From contig OY761556.1 of assembly GCA_963664705.1 (NCBI GenBank), positions 3,232,001-3,296,000 of the forward strand: 64,000 nt of DNA, read 5' to 3'. Made by a program: the position numbers and the translations under genes. Origin of the DNA: Acidobacteriota bacterium. Its GTDB lineage: Bacteria; Acidobacteriota; UBA6911. How positions within the stretch are numbered: the stretch's first letter is position 1; each line of letters opens with the position of its first letter. The notes beneath the pieces are model-generated. The model did no database searches. It worked only from the letters and a program-made list of their open reading frames with translations, and had not been told where the DNA came from. Positions 40,821-55,644 of this stretch are shown one piece after another.

Positions 40821-41057
40821 CTGTCCTTCGCTTCCGAACGGCTGCTATCCCGAAAAAAAAGTTGGCGATTTTGGCGCCTTATCCATTTGTTATTTGAACA
40901 GAAATGCTGATTTCCAACACACCAAGTGATGAAAACCAGCACGCAATAATCTTTAAAGCCAAAAAGGCAAGATGACGAAAAATGTAACAGTGGCGCAAAG
41001 CAAGCATTTGCAAGGCTTAAGCCACTTATGGATTTTTCCGTTGCTCTCAATCAGGAT

Positions 41058-41073
41058 TGGCACGGGTTTTGCA
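41058..41073 (+). promoter_or_regulatory. sigma54 promoter of the pilin gene
   Basis: TGGCAC-GGGTT-TTGCA, consensus match. Confidence 0.9.
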
Positions 41074-41125
41074 AATGATTTTACCGGTAACGCAATGAAT
41101 GTCCCCCAAAAATAGAGAAGAGGAG

Positions 41126-41635
41126 ATGGAGTTCATGAAAAAGGAACAGGGCTTTTCACTTATCGAGCTTTTGATCGTCGTGGCGATTATCGCCATCATC
41201 GCAGCGATCGCAGTCCCCAGCATGTTGACATCCAGAATGGCCGCCAATGAAGCGGGCGCCATCCAGGGATGCCGTACCATCGGCTCCGCCGAAGTGGCCT
41301 ATTCGGCCGTAAACAACCAGAGCTATGCGAACCTCGCAACATTGGTCGGTGGCAAATTCCTGGACGACAGATTCACAGCCACCGGCTTCAATGGCTTCAA
41401 ATATACCGAGGGATCGACTGTAACCGGCGCGACCGATTTTGATGCCACCATCAAATCCTTCCTCGCCGAACCGCTGACAGCCGACTCGACCGGCAGATAC
41501 AACTACGGAATTGGCGCCGATCAGGCCGTTCGCTACATGGGCGAAGCAGGAAGTGCTGACCCGGCCAAGTGCGGTGCCGGCAATTGCATCGCTGGCGATC
41601 CGATTGGTAAGGCAGGAGCTGGCTCCGGCAGCTAG
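41126..41635 (+). CDS. pilA: Type IV major pilin
   Basis: QG/FSLIELLIVVAIIAIIAAIAVP prepilin motif; RBS GAGGAG before 41126; C-terminal Cys pair. Confidence 0.9.
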   Translation: MEFMKKEQGFSLIELLIVVAIIAIIAAIAVPSMLTSRMAANEAGAIQGCRTIGSAEVAYSAVNNQSYANLATLVGGKFLDDRFTATGFNGFKYTEGSTVTGATDFDATIKSFLAEPLTADSTGRYNYGIGADQAVRYMGEAGSADPAKCGAGNCIAGDPIGKAGAGSGS

Positions 41636-41666
41636 AATTAACCGATTGTCCCATCTGTTGCAAAGG

Positions 41667-41700
41667 AAAGGGCGGCTCATTGAAGCCGCCCTTTCTATTT
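41667..41700 (+). terminator. Terminator after pilin
   Basis: AAAGGGCGGCT-CATTGA-AGCCGCCCTTT then CTATTT. Confidence 0.75.
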
Positions 41701-41822
41701 GAGGCACTGGTTTTGTTTTTTCTTTTGAATCCTATGGATTTTGCCGACAAGTCTATTGTCAAATCCGGATCTCGCCAGGATCCATGGAAAAACACAGCGG
41801 CCATACAACAAGTTGATCTGAG

Positions 41823-42662
41823 ATGGAACTCCAACCCAAAAGCTATCTGAGTCTTTTTAACCCGGACGGTGGCGTACCTTACGCACCGGGCAATCCCTCG
41901 TCTTCCGAGCCGACTCTGCTGATGCTTCTCGCATACATCGCGGCGGGAGACGGCAAAGGAGCCCAACCGCTGGTGCAATGGATTATGGAGAACCGGAATC
42001 CAGACGGATCCATCGGGCTGAACCGTGAATTCCCGGATCAAGGTCTCTGGACAACACCGCTCCTCGCCATTGCAATGCACCGCCTGGGACGGAATGCCGA
42101 CCGAGACTCGGCGATTCATTTCATCCTGAATTTTCGCTCAGCACGCGTAGCGTCATCTCCAAACAATGACATCGACACCAACCTGGTAGGCTGGTCATGG
42201 GTGGACCAGACATTCGGATGGGTGGAGCCCACGGCATGGGCACTGCTGGCACTGGAGCTTGCGGGCCAGGGTCAACATCCTCGCGCGCTCGAAGGCCGGA
42301 AGCTTTTGGAGAATCGGTGCATCCGGGAAGGTGGCTGGAATTACGGCAACAAGGTTGTTTTCAACCATACGCTGATGCCCTTCTGGGATACTACCGCTCT
42401 CGCGCTCCTGGCAATGTCCGACTATAATCCGGAACTCCGCGATAGGAATCTGGATCTGCTGGAGAAGGCTCTTCCCGAAATTCATTCGCTTTTGTCTTCA
42501 GCGCTGGTTCATCTCTGCTTTGCGCGGTTTCACAAAAAGGCTGAAAACCTGCGACAACTGATCCATGCAACGATCGGGATTTCCGACAATGCGGATCTGA
42601 ATCTTGCACATACCGCGCTTGGACTCATCGCGCTTTCCGGGAAAAGGGTGCTGACCGTATGA
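41823..42662 (+). CDS. Prenyltransferase/squalene-oxidase repeat protein
   Basis: NPDGG, NPDGS and EGGWNYGN repeats; WVEPTAWALLAL. Confidence 0.75.
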   Translation: MELQPKSYLSLFNPDGGVPYAPGNPSSSEPTLLMLLAYIAAGDGKGAQPLVQWIMENRNPDGSIGLNREFPDQGLWTTPLLAIAMHRLGRNADRDSAIHFILNFRSARVASSPNNDIDTNLVGWSWVDQTFGWVEPTAWALLALELAGQGQHPRALEGRKLLENRCIREGGWNYGNKVVFNHTLMPFWDTTALALLAMSDYNPELRDRNLDLLEKALPEIHSLLSSALVHLCFARFHKKAENLRQLIHATIGISDNADLNLAHTALGLIALSGKRVLTV

Positions 42663-43624
42663 ACCGACGGGAATTCCTGCGCTGGTCGCTGCATGGCCTG
42701 TGGATCTCGATGTTGGGATGCGTCGCGACCCGCTGTTCACACCGATCGCAGCCGGTTACAGTTCTTTCCGTCCCGGATCTGAATCGCGATTTTCGCAAGG
42801 ATTTTGCCCGCGTCCTGATCGATGACAAGCTGACGGTCCAAGGCAAAAAGGTTCTTCTCAAACCCAATTTTGTGGAGTTTCACCAGGGGCACCCTATCAA
42901 TACGGATGTGCGCCTGATTCAGCAGATTTCAGAGGCATGCCTCAATCTCGGGGCCAGAGAAGTAGTGGTCGCCGAAGCGGCCGGGCATCGACGGGATCCC
43001 TGGTATTCCATGTACAATCCGATTCTGAAGGAAAACCTGGATCCGCGAATCCGACGTATCGACCTGAATCACGGACCTGCGGTCCGGATTCAAAACAGGG
43101 GTCCCTACACCGGGCTTCCCCATTTCTACGTGGCCGAGCCGGTTGCCAAAGCAGACGTTGTCATCAGCATGCCCAAACTCAAAACGCATCATTGGGTAGG
43201 GGTCACGCTATCGATGAAAAATCTCTTTGGAACCCTGCCCGGCATTTTTTACGGCTGGCCCAAAAATCTGCTGCATTTGAAAGGGATTGAAAATTCCATT
43301 GTCGATCTCAATCTGACGGTTCCCGTGCACTATGCCATCATCGATGGAGTCATCGGAATGGAAGGAGATGGTCCCATTATGGGCGAAGCCAAGCAGGTTG
43401 GAGCCGTCATTATGGGCAGGAATCTGCTTGCGGTCGACTGCACCGCAGCCCGCATGATGGGATTCAATCCGAAAGAGATTTCCTATCTGCAAATGGCCTC
43501 GTCACATTTTCGCGGGCTCAACGAGGGCGATATCATTCATCGTGGAGAGGACCCTAAAAGATTTGCTGCGCGCTTTAAGTGCCTGCCCCAGTTTTCCGGG
43601 GCGCAGTTCGATGTACCGGCATAA
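42659..43624 (+). CDS. DUF362 domain protein with Tat-like N-terminus
   Basis: NRREFL, VLLKPN, PKLKTH...TLSMKNLFG, DGVIGMEGDGP. Confidence 0.88.
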   Translation: MNRREFLRWSLHGLWISMLGCVATRCSHRSQPVTVLSVPDLNRDFRKDFARVLIDDKLTVQGKKVLLKPNFVEFHQGHPINTDVRLIQQISEACLNLGAREVVVAEAAGHRRDPWYSMYNPILKENLDPRIRRIDLNHGPAVRIQNRGPYTGLPHFYVAEPVAKADVVISMPKLKTHHWVGVTLSMKNLFGTLPGIFYGWPKNLLHLKGIENSIVDLNLTVPVHYAIIDGVIGMEGDGPIMGEAKQVGAVIMGRNLLAVDCTAARMMGFNPKEISYLQMASSHFRGLNEGDIIHRGEDPKRFAARFKCLPQFSGAQFDVPA

Positions 43625-43656
43625 TAAGTTGTGCGCTTGAGTGACAACCGATTCCT

Positions 43657-44721
43657 ATGAACAGCAATACTTATCCTGAACTCACCCGGCAGGATTCCGG
43701 ATCATCCATATTGACTGCAAGGGAGATGCTCTCAGCAAAACGGGCATGGAGAGACCCCTCAATCCTCGGAGACAACCTCCCGCTGATAGTCATCGTTGGT
43801 TTATACATCGCCGTTATTTATGCGGTGCATGCGGTTTGGGGAATTCGCGACAGGATTCACCTGGAATTTTATTATGAGGCGTTTGCCCGGGTTACGATTG
43901 TATTTTCGGGCCTATTCATACTTATCAATTTCCGGCAGAAGGCATACCGACGGTATCTTGACGTGCGAACGCTGGCAAGCGTTCTCACAATATTTCTTCT
44001 GGCCGCGCCCTTCAACAGTGCTTTTGTCAGCTTCAAACAAAGCCTCCCTTTGGTTCACCCGTTCCAGTGGGATTCCACTTTGATGAAGCTGGATTCCGGC
44101 CTTCATTTTGGACATCAGGCCTGGGAATGGATGAGGTTTCTCCTCAAATACCCTTTGCTCATCCGTATTATCGATAAGGCTTATATGGCCTGGTTTATTC
44201 TTCTCACCGGTTCATGCCTGTGGATGGCCTGGACGCGCCGGCGCGATCTGCGGCGCTGCTATCTTGTATCCGCACTTCTCACCTGGATTGTGCTGGGCTC
44301 GGGCTTTGCCACGCTCTTTTCCAGCGTCGGACCCTGCTATTATGCCAAAGTCGTCAAAAGCGGAGATAGTCCTTATGCTCCCCTGATGGAAAGGCTTTCT
44401 GAAATTGATCGAGAAACGCCTTTGAAGGCCGTATATAACCAGGAAGGATTGTGGGAGGCCTATCAGCAGGGGACATGGCTTCCATTTGGCGGAATTTCCG
44501 CGATGCCGAGCATTCACGTTGCGATTGCCACTCTCTATGCCCTGCTGGCATTCAACATACGCCGATGGTTGGGCTATATCTTTGCAGCGTATGCACTGCT
44601 TATCCAGGTCGGATCCGTCATCCTTGGTTGGCATTATGCAGTGGATGGATACATGGGGATTGCCCTGACTATTGCGATCTGGTTTTCGGTAAAGCGCTGG
44701 GTACGTCGCCATCCCGCCTAA
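43657..44721 (+). CDS. PAP2-superfamily membrane phosphatase/phosphotransferase (AUR1/IPT1-like)
   Basis: Multi-TM, GP, ISAMPSIH, GWHYAVDG. Confidence 0.85.
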   Translation: MNSNTYPELTRQDSGSSILTAREMLSAKRAWRDPSILGDNLPLIVIVGLYIAVIYAVHAVWGIRDRIHLEFYYEAFARVTIVFSGLFILINFRQKAYRRYLDVRTLASVLTIFLLAAPFNSAFVSFKQSLPLVHPFQWDSTLMKLDSGLHFGHQAWEWMRFLLKYPLLIRIIDKAYMAWFILLTGSCLWMAWTRRRDLRRCYLVSALLTWIVLGSGFATLFSSVGPCYYAKVVKSGDSPYAPLMERLSEIDRETPLKAVYNQEGLWEAYQQGTWLPFGGISAMPSIHVAIATLYALLAFNIRRWLGYIFAAYALLIQVGSVILGWHYAVDGYMGIALTIAIWFSVKRWVRRHPA

Positions 44722-44930
44722 TGCAGCACTGGCCCCACTGAGAGCGCCGCTGTCCCGCCTAATGCACACTATTTGTTCCGAGCCCTGCAACGCGAGTGGA
44801 GCAACAGGCCCGGAGGGCCGAAAGATCGTAGACATAATGGAGTGATCGGTCTCTAGCATGTAATATCGTGGGTTACAGCTGAAGTCGTGGTGACGAAGCT
44901 GCAGAGCCATAAAACATGAGGAGACCGATC

Positions 44931-46025
44931 ATGGCAGATTGTATCACTTGGGTAGGGATGGATGATTCAGCAAAAAAGATAAACGTCGCAATTTTTCGCG
45001 GGCAGGAAAGTAACCCTCGAGAAGAACTTGTTGTATCAAACGACAGTACGGGGCTGGGTCGGTTAGCGAAAAAGCTAAGGGCATTTGAAGATGATGTACG
45101 GTGCGTCTACGAAGCGGGCGTTAATGGATACTATTTGCAGCGCTATTTGGCCAAACATGGGATTTCTTGTGAGGTTGCGGCCCCTTCGTTGACTCCGAGA
45201 CGAGCGGGGAAAAAAGTAAAAACGGATAAGCTGGATGCGAAAGCCTTGGGCAAATTGTACCGAGCGGGAGAACTAACATGTATTGTGATCCCGCAAAAAG
45301 AACAGGAAAGTCTGCGAGATCTGGTGCGTGCGCGAGAAGACGCATTGGAAGACCAGCAGCGAGCACGGCATCGATTAGCACGGTTTCTGATGCGACGTGG
45401 ATTGAAATATCCGCAGGGCAAGAACTGGTCGCTTGGGCACCTAAAGTGGATTAAGAGCCTTGTGTTTGAGGATGATGGGGATCAAACAGTACTGGAGGAA
45501 TATCGACAGGCGCTTGAGCAACAGACGGAGCGGTTGAAAACATTCCAGGGAAAAATCGAGGAAGTTGCAAAACAGCCGAACTATCAAAAGCGAGTCAGCT
45601 ATTTGATGGCGCTAAAAGGCGTTCAGGTTCTGACGGCGATGACGATTATCGCAGAAGCGCTCGATTTAAGACGGTTCGTTGATGCGCCTTCGTTTATGGC
45701 CGCTATTGGGGTGGTGCCTTCGGAAAGCAGCTCAGGTGAACTTGAAAGACGGGGAAGGATAACCAAAACGGGAAACAGCCACCTACGTAGGGTGCTGATC
45801 GAAAGCGCCTGGCACTACCGTCATTCTTCAGTAGCTGGCAAAACTCTCAAGAAACGACGAGAGTGTTTGCCGGCAGAAGTTATCGAGATTGCACAACGTT
45901 GCGATAAGCGATTGAATCAAAAATTCCGACGCATGCTCAACCGAGGGAAAGAAAGACAAAAGATCGCGGTTGCGGTAAGTCGAGAATTGGCAGGATTTAT
46001 CTGGGCTATCGGTCGTGTTGCATGA
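44931..46025 (+). CDS. IS110 family transposase/recombinase
   Basis: VGMD, YEAG, KTDKLDA (DEDD), GVVPSESSSG, ITKTGNSHLR; RBS GAGGAG before ATG 44931. Confidence 0.96.
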   Translation: MADCITWVGMDDSAKKINVAIFRGQESNPREELVVSNDSTGLGRLAKKLRAFEDDVRCVYEAGVNGYYLQRYLAKHGISCEVAAPSLTPRRAGKKVKTDKLDAKALGKLYRAGELTCIVIPQKEQESLRDLVRAREDALEDQQRARHRLARFLMRRGLKYPQGKNWSLGHLKWIKSLVFEDDGDQTVLEEYRQALEQQTERLKTFQGKIEEVAKQPNYQKRVSYLMALKGVQVLTAMTIIAEALDLRRFVDAPSFMAAIGVVPSESSSGELERRGRITKTGNSHLRRVLIESAWHYRHSSVAGKTLKKRRECLPAEVIEIAQRCDKRLNQKFRRMLNRGKERQKIAVAVSRELAGFIWAIGRVA

Positions 46026-46097
46026 CATAAGGCACCAGCTCTTGCAGCTATTTTGTTCTTCAATGGATTAATAACGGAAACATTCGGTTAGTGAACG

Positions 46098-46280
46098 GAA
46101 CAGGAGATCGAGTTCCAGGCTTCGAAAGGAGAAACCTCGACCTGGCTATGTTGGTATGGGAAACCAGAATCCACGGAAGTAGAGTGAGGCCGCTCCCGAT
46201 GAATCAGTTGTCATGCGTGCTTATCGACCCGCGAATATCAGATTGATTATCGTCGCTGTTGCCAACTCGATCCCCTGTTC
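46098..46280 (+). ncRNA. Putative bridge RNA/seekRNA of the IS1111 element
   Basis: 17-bp closing stem around two internal-loop stems whose loops match the target and the circle junction; boundaries approximate. Confidence 0.75.
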
Positions 46281-46371
46281 TTTTTACTGGCTGATTTATT
46301 TATGAACCGAAGAAAACCAAAATGAACGAACAAGGAACGGATTGATTGTACTTGACCGATCACTCCATATC

Positions 46372-46597
46372 AGCCGGGGGTGAAGCGCAGCGAACCCCCG
46401 GTAGAGATTAGCGCGCGAAAGAGCCCGGGTAGGGCGACAGAAACGGTTAAATGAACCCCTCTCCAATGTTCAACCTTAGGTTATGTGGAGGAACGAAAAT
46501 GTCTTTCGCCCCCTCCGGGCTCTTTTTACTTTCATGCTATCCGGGGGTTCGCAAAAAGCGCTCACCCCCGGCTACTTTCTGACCGCCCCGCCGGGAC
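46372..46597. repeat. REP/REPIN-like composite palindrome (its left 22 bp lie at 44808-44829, split off by the IS)
   Basis: AGCCGGGGGTGA / TCACCCCCGGCT, GCGAACCCCCGG / CCGGGGGTTCGC and GAGCCCGG..GGGCGACAGA / TCTTTCGCCC..CCGGGCTC nested inverted pairs. Confidence 0.8.
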
Positions 46598-46750
46598 TGA
46601 GATGCAACGCGCTTCCAGCTTCCTCGGGCAAATTATATGCAGCATTAGTCGTCCCGGCGGCAACGGCTGTGGTGGATGCAAACCTGCTCTTGCCCCCGAG
46701 ACGGCGGCGCTCCCAGCAGGACGGATTCCAGTAAAAAATGGCCTACCAAT

Positions 46751-46794
46751 AAAAAACCGCGGATTTCCAGGACGCACCCGAAAATCCGCGGTTT
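46751..46794 (-). terminator. rpoC terminator
   Basis: AAACCGCGGATTT-loop-AAATCCGCGG followed by T6 on the minus strand. Confidence 0.85.
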
Positions 46795-46818
46795 GATGGC
46801 TATTGCCGATTACCTATA

Positions 46819-49800
46819 TTAGCCGAAATCGGCGCGCTTATTTTTCACAGCGTCGAGATCCAGGTTCCCACCCAGAAGGTCGGCTTCCAGATCCGGTTCA
46901 CCGCCCTCCGCTTCAGCCGGTTCCATCGGAACCATCTGCTCGGTGAGCTTGATATTGTGGTAATACTCCATTCCCGTACCGGCGGGAATGAGGCGTCCCA
47001 TGATCACATTCTCCTTCAGACCCCGCAGGTAATCGACCTTTCCGCTGATGGCGGCTTCGGTCAGAACGCGGGTGGTTTCCTGGAAGGATGCGGCTGAAAT
47101 AAAGCTGTCGGTCGAGAGCGAAGCCTTCGTGATGCCGAGCAGTAGTGGCCGGCCTTTGGCAGGCGCTCCACCGGCAGCCTCAACGCGTTCGTTCTCTTCG
47201 TAGAATCGGAACTTATCCACCTGTTCTTCGAGCAGAAATTCCGTATCGCCGACTTCCTCAACCTTGATCCAGCGCATCATCTGGCGAACGATCACCTCGA
47301 TGTGCTTATCGTTAATGTTGACGCCCTGCAGACGATACACCTCCTGGATTTCGTTCACCAGGTAGCTCTGCAGTTCTTTTTCGCCCAGTACACGCAGAAT
47401 ATCGTGCGGGTTGCGCGGACCATCCATCAAGGCCTCACCGGCGCGGACATACTCACCTTCCTGCACGTTAATATGCACGCCGCGAGGAAGCAGGTATTCC
47501 TTGATCATGCCGCTTTCGTGATGAACTTCGATCTTCCGCTGACCGCGCACCAACCCAGCGTATTTGACCACGCCGTCGATTTCGGTGATAACCGCGGTTT
47601 CCTTCGGCTTCCGGGCTTCGAACAACTCGACGATGCGCGGCAAACCTCCGGTAATATCCTTGGTTTTACGCGTTTCGCGAGGAATCTTTGCCATGATGCT
47701 TCCGGGGAACACCTCTTCGCCGTTGTCGACCCAGAGATGCGCCTTGGATGGCAACAGGTAGCTCTTGACCACCTTGCCCTTGTCGTTTTTGATGCCGATC
47801 TGCGGCTGGTATTTCTCGTCCGGAGACTCCGTGATGACCTGGCGCACGAGACCCGTGTTTTCGTCACGTTCCTCTTTGACCGTAATGCCATCATGGATAT
47901 CCTTGAACACGATCGTTCCGCCGAACTCGGTCAGAATCGCGAAGGAATACGGATCCCATTCAACGAGAATCTGGCCGGGTTTGATCTTCTGCCCTTCCTT
48001 GACCTTCAGAATGGCGCCGTATGCTACGGAGTAGCGTTCCTTCTCGCGTCCCGCCTCGTCGGCAATGATCAGCGTACCGTTGCGGTTCATCACAACCAGG
48101 TTGCCGTCTCGGTTGGTGACATGCTGGATGTTGAGGAACTTGACGATACCTTCATTCTTGGACTCTTCGGTCGACTGCTCATGCGTTCTGCTCGCCGTGC
48201 CGCCGATGTGGAAGGTTCTCATCGTCAACTGCGTACCGGGCTCACCAATGGATTGCGCCGCGATAACGCCGGTGGCCTCGCCAAGGTCCACCAGTTGTCC
48301 GGTGGCCAGGTTGCGACCATAGCATTTAATGCAAACGCCGCGCTTCGCTTTGCAGGTCAACACCGAACGGATCTTGACCCGTTCGATGCCAGCCGCCTGA
48401 ATATCGGCAGCCAGGGTTTCCGTAATTTCATCATTGATTCCGCAGATTGTCTCGCCGGTGAGCGGATCCTTGATATTTTCAAGCGATACGCGTCCCACGA
48501 TACGGTCACGGAGAGGCTCGATGATCTCGCCGCCCTCAATGATCGAAGTTACATAGATTCCATCCAATGTGCTGCAATCCTGGGTGGAAATAATGACGTC
48601 CTGCGCCACATCAACAAGCCTTCGGGTCAGGTATCCGGAATCGGCCGTCTTGAGCGCCGTATCCGCCAACCCCTTGCGGGCGCCGTGCGTTGAAATGAAG
48701 TACTGCAACACCGTCAACCCCTCGCGGAAATTGGCGGTGATCGGCGTTTCAATAATTTCGCCTGACGGCTTGGCCATCAAACCGCGCATGCCGGCCAGCT
48801 GACGAATCTGCTGTTTGCTGCCGCGGGCGCCCGAATCGGCCATGATGTAGATCGGGTTGAATTCATACCCGCCCTCATCCTGCTGGGCCATCTTGCGGAA
48901 CATTTCATCCGATACCTTTTCCGTAACATCCGACCAGATATCGATGATCTTGTTGTAGCGCTCGCCGTCGGTAATGGCGCCGTCCTGGTACTGCTTTTCG
49001 ACCTCGATCACGCTTGAACGCGCATCGTCAACAAGGTCGGCCTTGCTTTCGGGCACGACCAGGTCATCGATGCCAATCGAGATCCCTGCCTTGGTCGCAT
49101 GCAGGAAACCGAGGTCCTTCAGGTCGTCCAGCATTTTGACGGTAGTGTCGAGACCGAACTGCAGGTAGCAGTAGTTCACGAGCTGCTGCAGACCTTTTTT
49201 CTTCAGCAGACCGTTGACGAATGGCATCCCCTTGGGAAGAATGGAATTCAGGACAAGGCGGCCAATCGTGGTGTTAACGAACTCGTTCTTCACATCGCGT
49301 ACTTCCGCGCGCATCACGGCCTGATCGTCATACTGCGTCGTCAGATCCATCAACGGGCCGGTGTAGCGATACCGGATCGGAGTTAGCCGTTCCACCATGC
49401 TGTTGTCGAGAGCAAACATCGCTTCATCGAACGTACCGAACGCACGGCCTTCTCCCTTGGTCCCCTTCTTCGCCTTCGTCAGGTAGTAGCAACCCAACAC
49501 GATATCCTGGCTGGGGATGGCGATCGGCTGGCCATTCGCCGGCGAGAGAATATTGTTGCTGCTCAGCATGAGCACCGATGCTTCGATCTGGGCTTCCGGC
49601 GAAAGCGGAATGTGTACGGCCATCTGGTCGCCGTCGAAATCGGCGTTGAACGCGGCGCAGACCAGGGGTGGGATCTTGATGGCTTTCCCTTCAACCAGCA
49701 CCGGCTCAAAAGCCTGGATACCGAGTCTGTGCAGCGTCGGAGCGCGGTTCAACAATACCGGATGATCCTTGATAACCTCTTCGAGGATATCCCACACCAC

Positions 49801-51018
49801 CGATTCCTGCCGCTCGACCATTTCCTTGGCGCCCTTGATGGTCGCAGCATGTCCTTCCTTCTCCAGCCGGTTATAGATGAACGGCTTGAAGAGCTCGAGA
49901 GCCATTTTCTTGGGCAGACCGCATTGATGCAGCTTCAGTTCGGGACCGACTACGATCACCGAACGGCCGGAATAGTCGACGCGTTTTCCGAGGAGGTTCT
50001 GACGGAATCGTCCGGACTTCCCTTTGAGCGTGTCGCTGAGGGATTTCAACGGGCGGTTATTGGCACCACGAAGCACGCGGCCGCGCCGTCCGTTGTCGAA
50101 CATCGCATCCACCGCTTCCTGCAGCATGCGCTTCTCGTTGCGGATGATGACTTCGGGTGCACGCAACTCCATCAGCTTTTTCAACCGGTTGTTCCGGTTG
50201 ATGACGCGCCGATAGAGGTCGTTCAGATCCGATGTGGCAAATCGGCCGCCATCCAGTGGGACCAGGGGGCGCAGTTCGGGCGGGATGACCGGGATGACGT
50301 CCAGAATCATCCATTCCGGCTTATTCCCGGATTTGCGGAAAGCATCCACGACTTTCAGCCGTTTGGCATACTTGATTCTCTTCAGTTGGGACGTTTCCGT
50401 CTTCATGGCGGCGCGCAGTTCATCCGCGATCTCTTCAATATCGACTCTCTTCAAGAGTTCCTTGATCGCTTCCGCACCCATCATCGCCCTGAATTTGCCG
50501 GGGAATTCCTGGATCAATGCCCGGTATTTTTCCTCATTCAGGAGTTCGCCCGATTTGACCGGCGCTTCGCCGGAATCAATCACGACATAGGCTTCAAAAT
50601 AGAGCACTCGTTCCAGATCCCTGAGGCTGATATCGAGTAGATGGCCGATCCGGCTGGGCAATCCTTTGAAGAACCAGACATGCGAACAAGGGGATGCGAG
50701 CTCAATATGGCCGAGTCTTTCACGGCGCACCTTCGAAAGGGTGACTTCAACGCCGCACTTGTCGCATACCACGCCCCGGTACTTCATGCGCTTGTACTTG
50801 CCGCACAAGCATTCCCAGTCTGTAACCGGGCCAAAGATCCGAGCACAGAAGAGTCCGTCTTTTTCCGGTTTGAAAGTACGATAGTTGATCGTTTCGGGTT
50901 TGGTCACTTCACCGCGCGACCATGCCCGTATCTTTTCCGGAGACGCAAGGCTGATTCGAATGCTGTCGAAATCAGTGCTCAAATCCGATTTTTCCATTAC
51001 ATCTTTAAAACTTCTCAA
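46819..51018 (-). CDS. rpoC: RNA polymerase beta' subunit
   Basis: [29 protein letters not shown]. Confidence 0.99.
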   Translation of the reverse strand: MRSFKDVMEKSDLSTDFDSIRISLASPEKIRAWSRGEVTKPETINYRTFKPEKDGLFCARIFGPVTDWECLCGKYKRMKYRGVVCDKCGVEVTLSKVRRERLGHIELASPCSHVWFFKGLPSRIGHLLDISLRDLERVLYFEAYVVIDSGEAPVKSGELLNEEKYRALIQEFPGKFRAMMGAEAIKELLKRVDIEEIADELRAAMKTETSQLKRIKYAKRLKVVDAFRKSGNKPEWMILDVIPVIPPELRPLVPLDGGRFATSDLNDLYRRVINRNNRLKKLMELRAPEVIIRNEKRMLQEAVDAMFDNGRRGRVLRGANNRPLKSLSDTLKGKSGRFRQNLLGKRVDYSGRSVIVVGPELKLHQCGLPKKMALELFKPFIYNRLEKEGHAATIKGAKEMVERQESVVWDILEEVIKDHPVLLNRAPTLHRLGIQAFEPVLVEGKAIKIPPLVCAAFNADFDGDQMAVHIPLSPEAQIEASVLMLSSNNILSPANGQPIAIPSQDIVLGCYYLTKAKKGTKGEGRAFGTFDEAMFALDNSMVERLTPIRYRYTGPLMDLTTQYDDQAVMRAEVRDVKNEFVNTTIGRLVLNSILPKGMPFVNGLLKKKGLQQLVNYCYLQFGLDTTVKMLDDLKDLGFLHATKAGISIGIDDLVVPESKADLVDDARSSVIEVEKQYQDGAITDGERYNKIIDIWSDVTEKVSDEMFRKMAQQDEGGYEFNPIYIMADSGARGSKQQIRQLAGMRGLMAKPSGEIIETPITANFREGLTVLQYFISTHGARKGLADTALKTADSGYLTRRLVDVAQDVIISTQDCSTLDGIYVTSIIEGGEIIEPLRDRIVGRVSLENIKDPLTGETICGINDEITETLAADIQAAGIERVKIRSVLTCKAKRGVCIKCYGRNLATGQLVDLGEATGVIAAQSIGEPGTQLTMRTFHIGGTASRTHEQSTEESKNEGIVKFLNIQHVTNRDGNLVVMNRNGTLIIADEAGREKERYSVAYGAILKVKEGQKIKPGQILVEWDPYSFAILTEFGGTIVFKDIHDGITVKEERDENTGLVRQVITESPDEKYQPQIGIKNDKGKVVKSYLLPSKAHLWVDNGEEVFPGSIMAKIPRETRKTKDITGGLPRIVELFEARKPKETAVITEIDGVVKYAGLVRGQRKIEVHHESGMIKEYLLPRGVHINVQEGEYVRAGEALMDGPRNPHDILRVLGEKELQSYLVNEIQEVYRLQGVNINDKHIEVIVRQMMRWIKVEEVGDTEFLLEEQVDKFRFYEENERVEAAGGAPAKGRPLLLGITKASLSTDSFISAASFQETTRVLTEAAISGKVDYLRGLKENVIMGRLIPAGTGMEYYHNIKLTEQMVPMEPAEAEGGEPDLEADLLGGNLDLDAVKNKRADFG

Positions 51019-51098
51019 TTGGCCCCCCCAATTTTTGTATGAGGTTTCGCTTTTAATCTCTTCGTCTCTAGTTCAACGTCCCTTGGTTTAACCAAATA

Positions 51099-51161
51099 AT
51101 TGACGATTGCGGATTTACGATTGACGATTGTTTCAAATCGTCAACCGCCAATCGCAAATCA
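51099..51161. repeat. Heptamer (ATTGACG)n palindrome abutting the rpoB stop
   Basis: TTGACGA TTGCGGA TTTACGA TTGACGA ... ATCGTCA ACCGCCA ATCGCAA. Confidence 0.8.
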
Positions 51162-55465
<4,304 letters not shown>

Positions 55466-55644
55466 TGAAAAATTTACCTCGAAAAGCTCAGTTAAATTTC
55501 GATGTGGGGAGATCCCAAAACAAGGGATAAAAAGCGGAAAGGCACACTTCGACCTTTATCCGCCTGAGAGCGAAAGATGAGTAATTCTGTTTCCCCGAAT
55601 CTGAAGGTCGTCGCATAATGGACCTCATATTGGGGCGATCTTTA

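Larger units (their letters stand above)
44830..46371 (+). mobile_element. IS110 family, IS1111-type insertion sequence (complete)
   Basis: Perfect 15-bp subterminal inverted repeats ATGGAGTGATCGGTC (44837-44851) and GACCGATCACTCCAT (46354-46368), 7 and 3 bp from the ends; AG core; no target duplication. Confidence 0.93.

Noticed and set aside
40505-41050. 181-aa ORF with RRQETGV repeats
   Set aside because: Translation of the heptamer tract across the pilA promoter region; not a credible gene.
41126-41635. Geobacter-type conductive short pilin
   Set aside because: Full-length pilin with a long aromatic-free stretch after F1; there is no basis for a conductivity claim.
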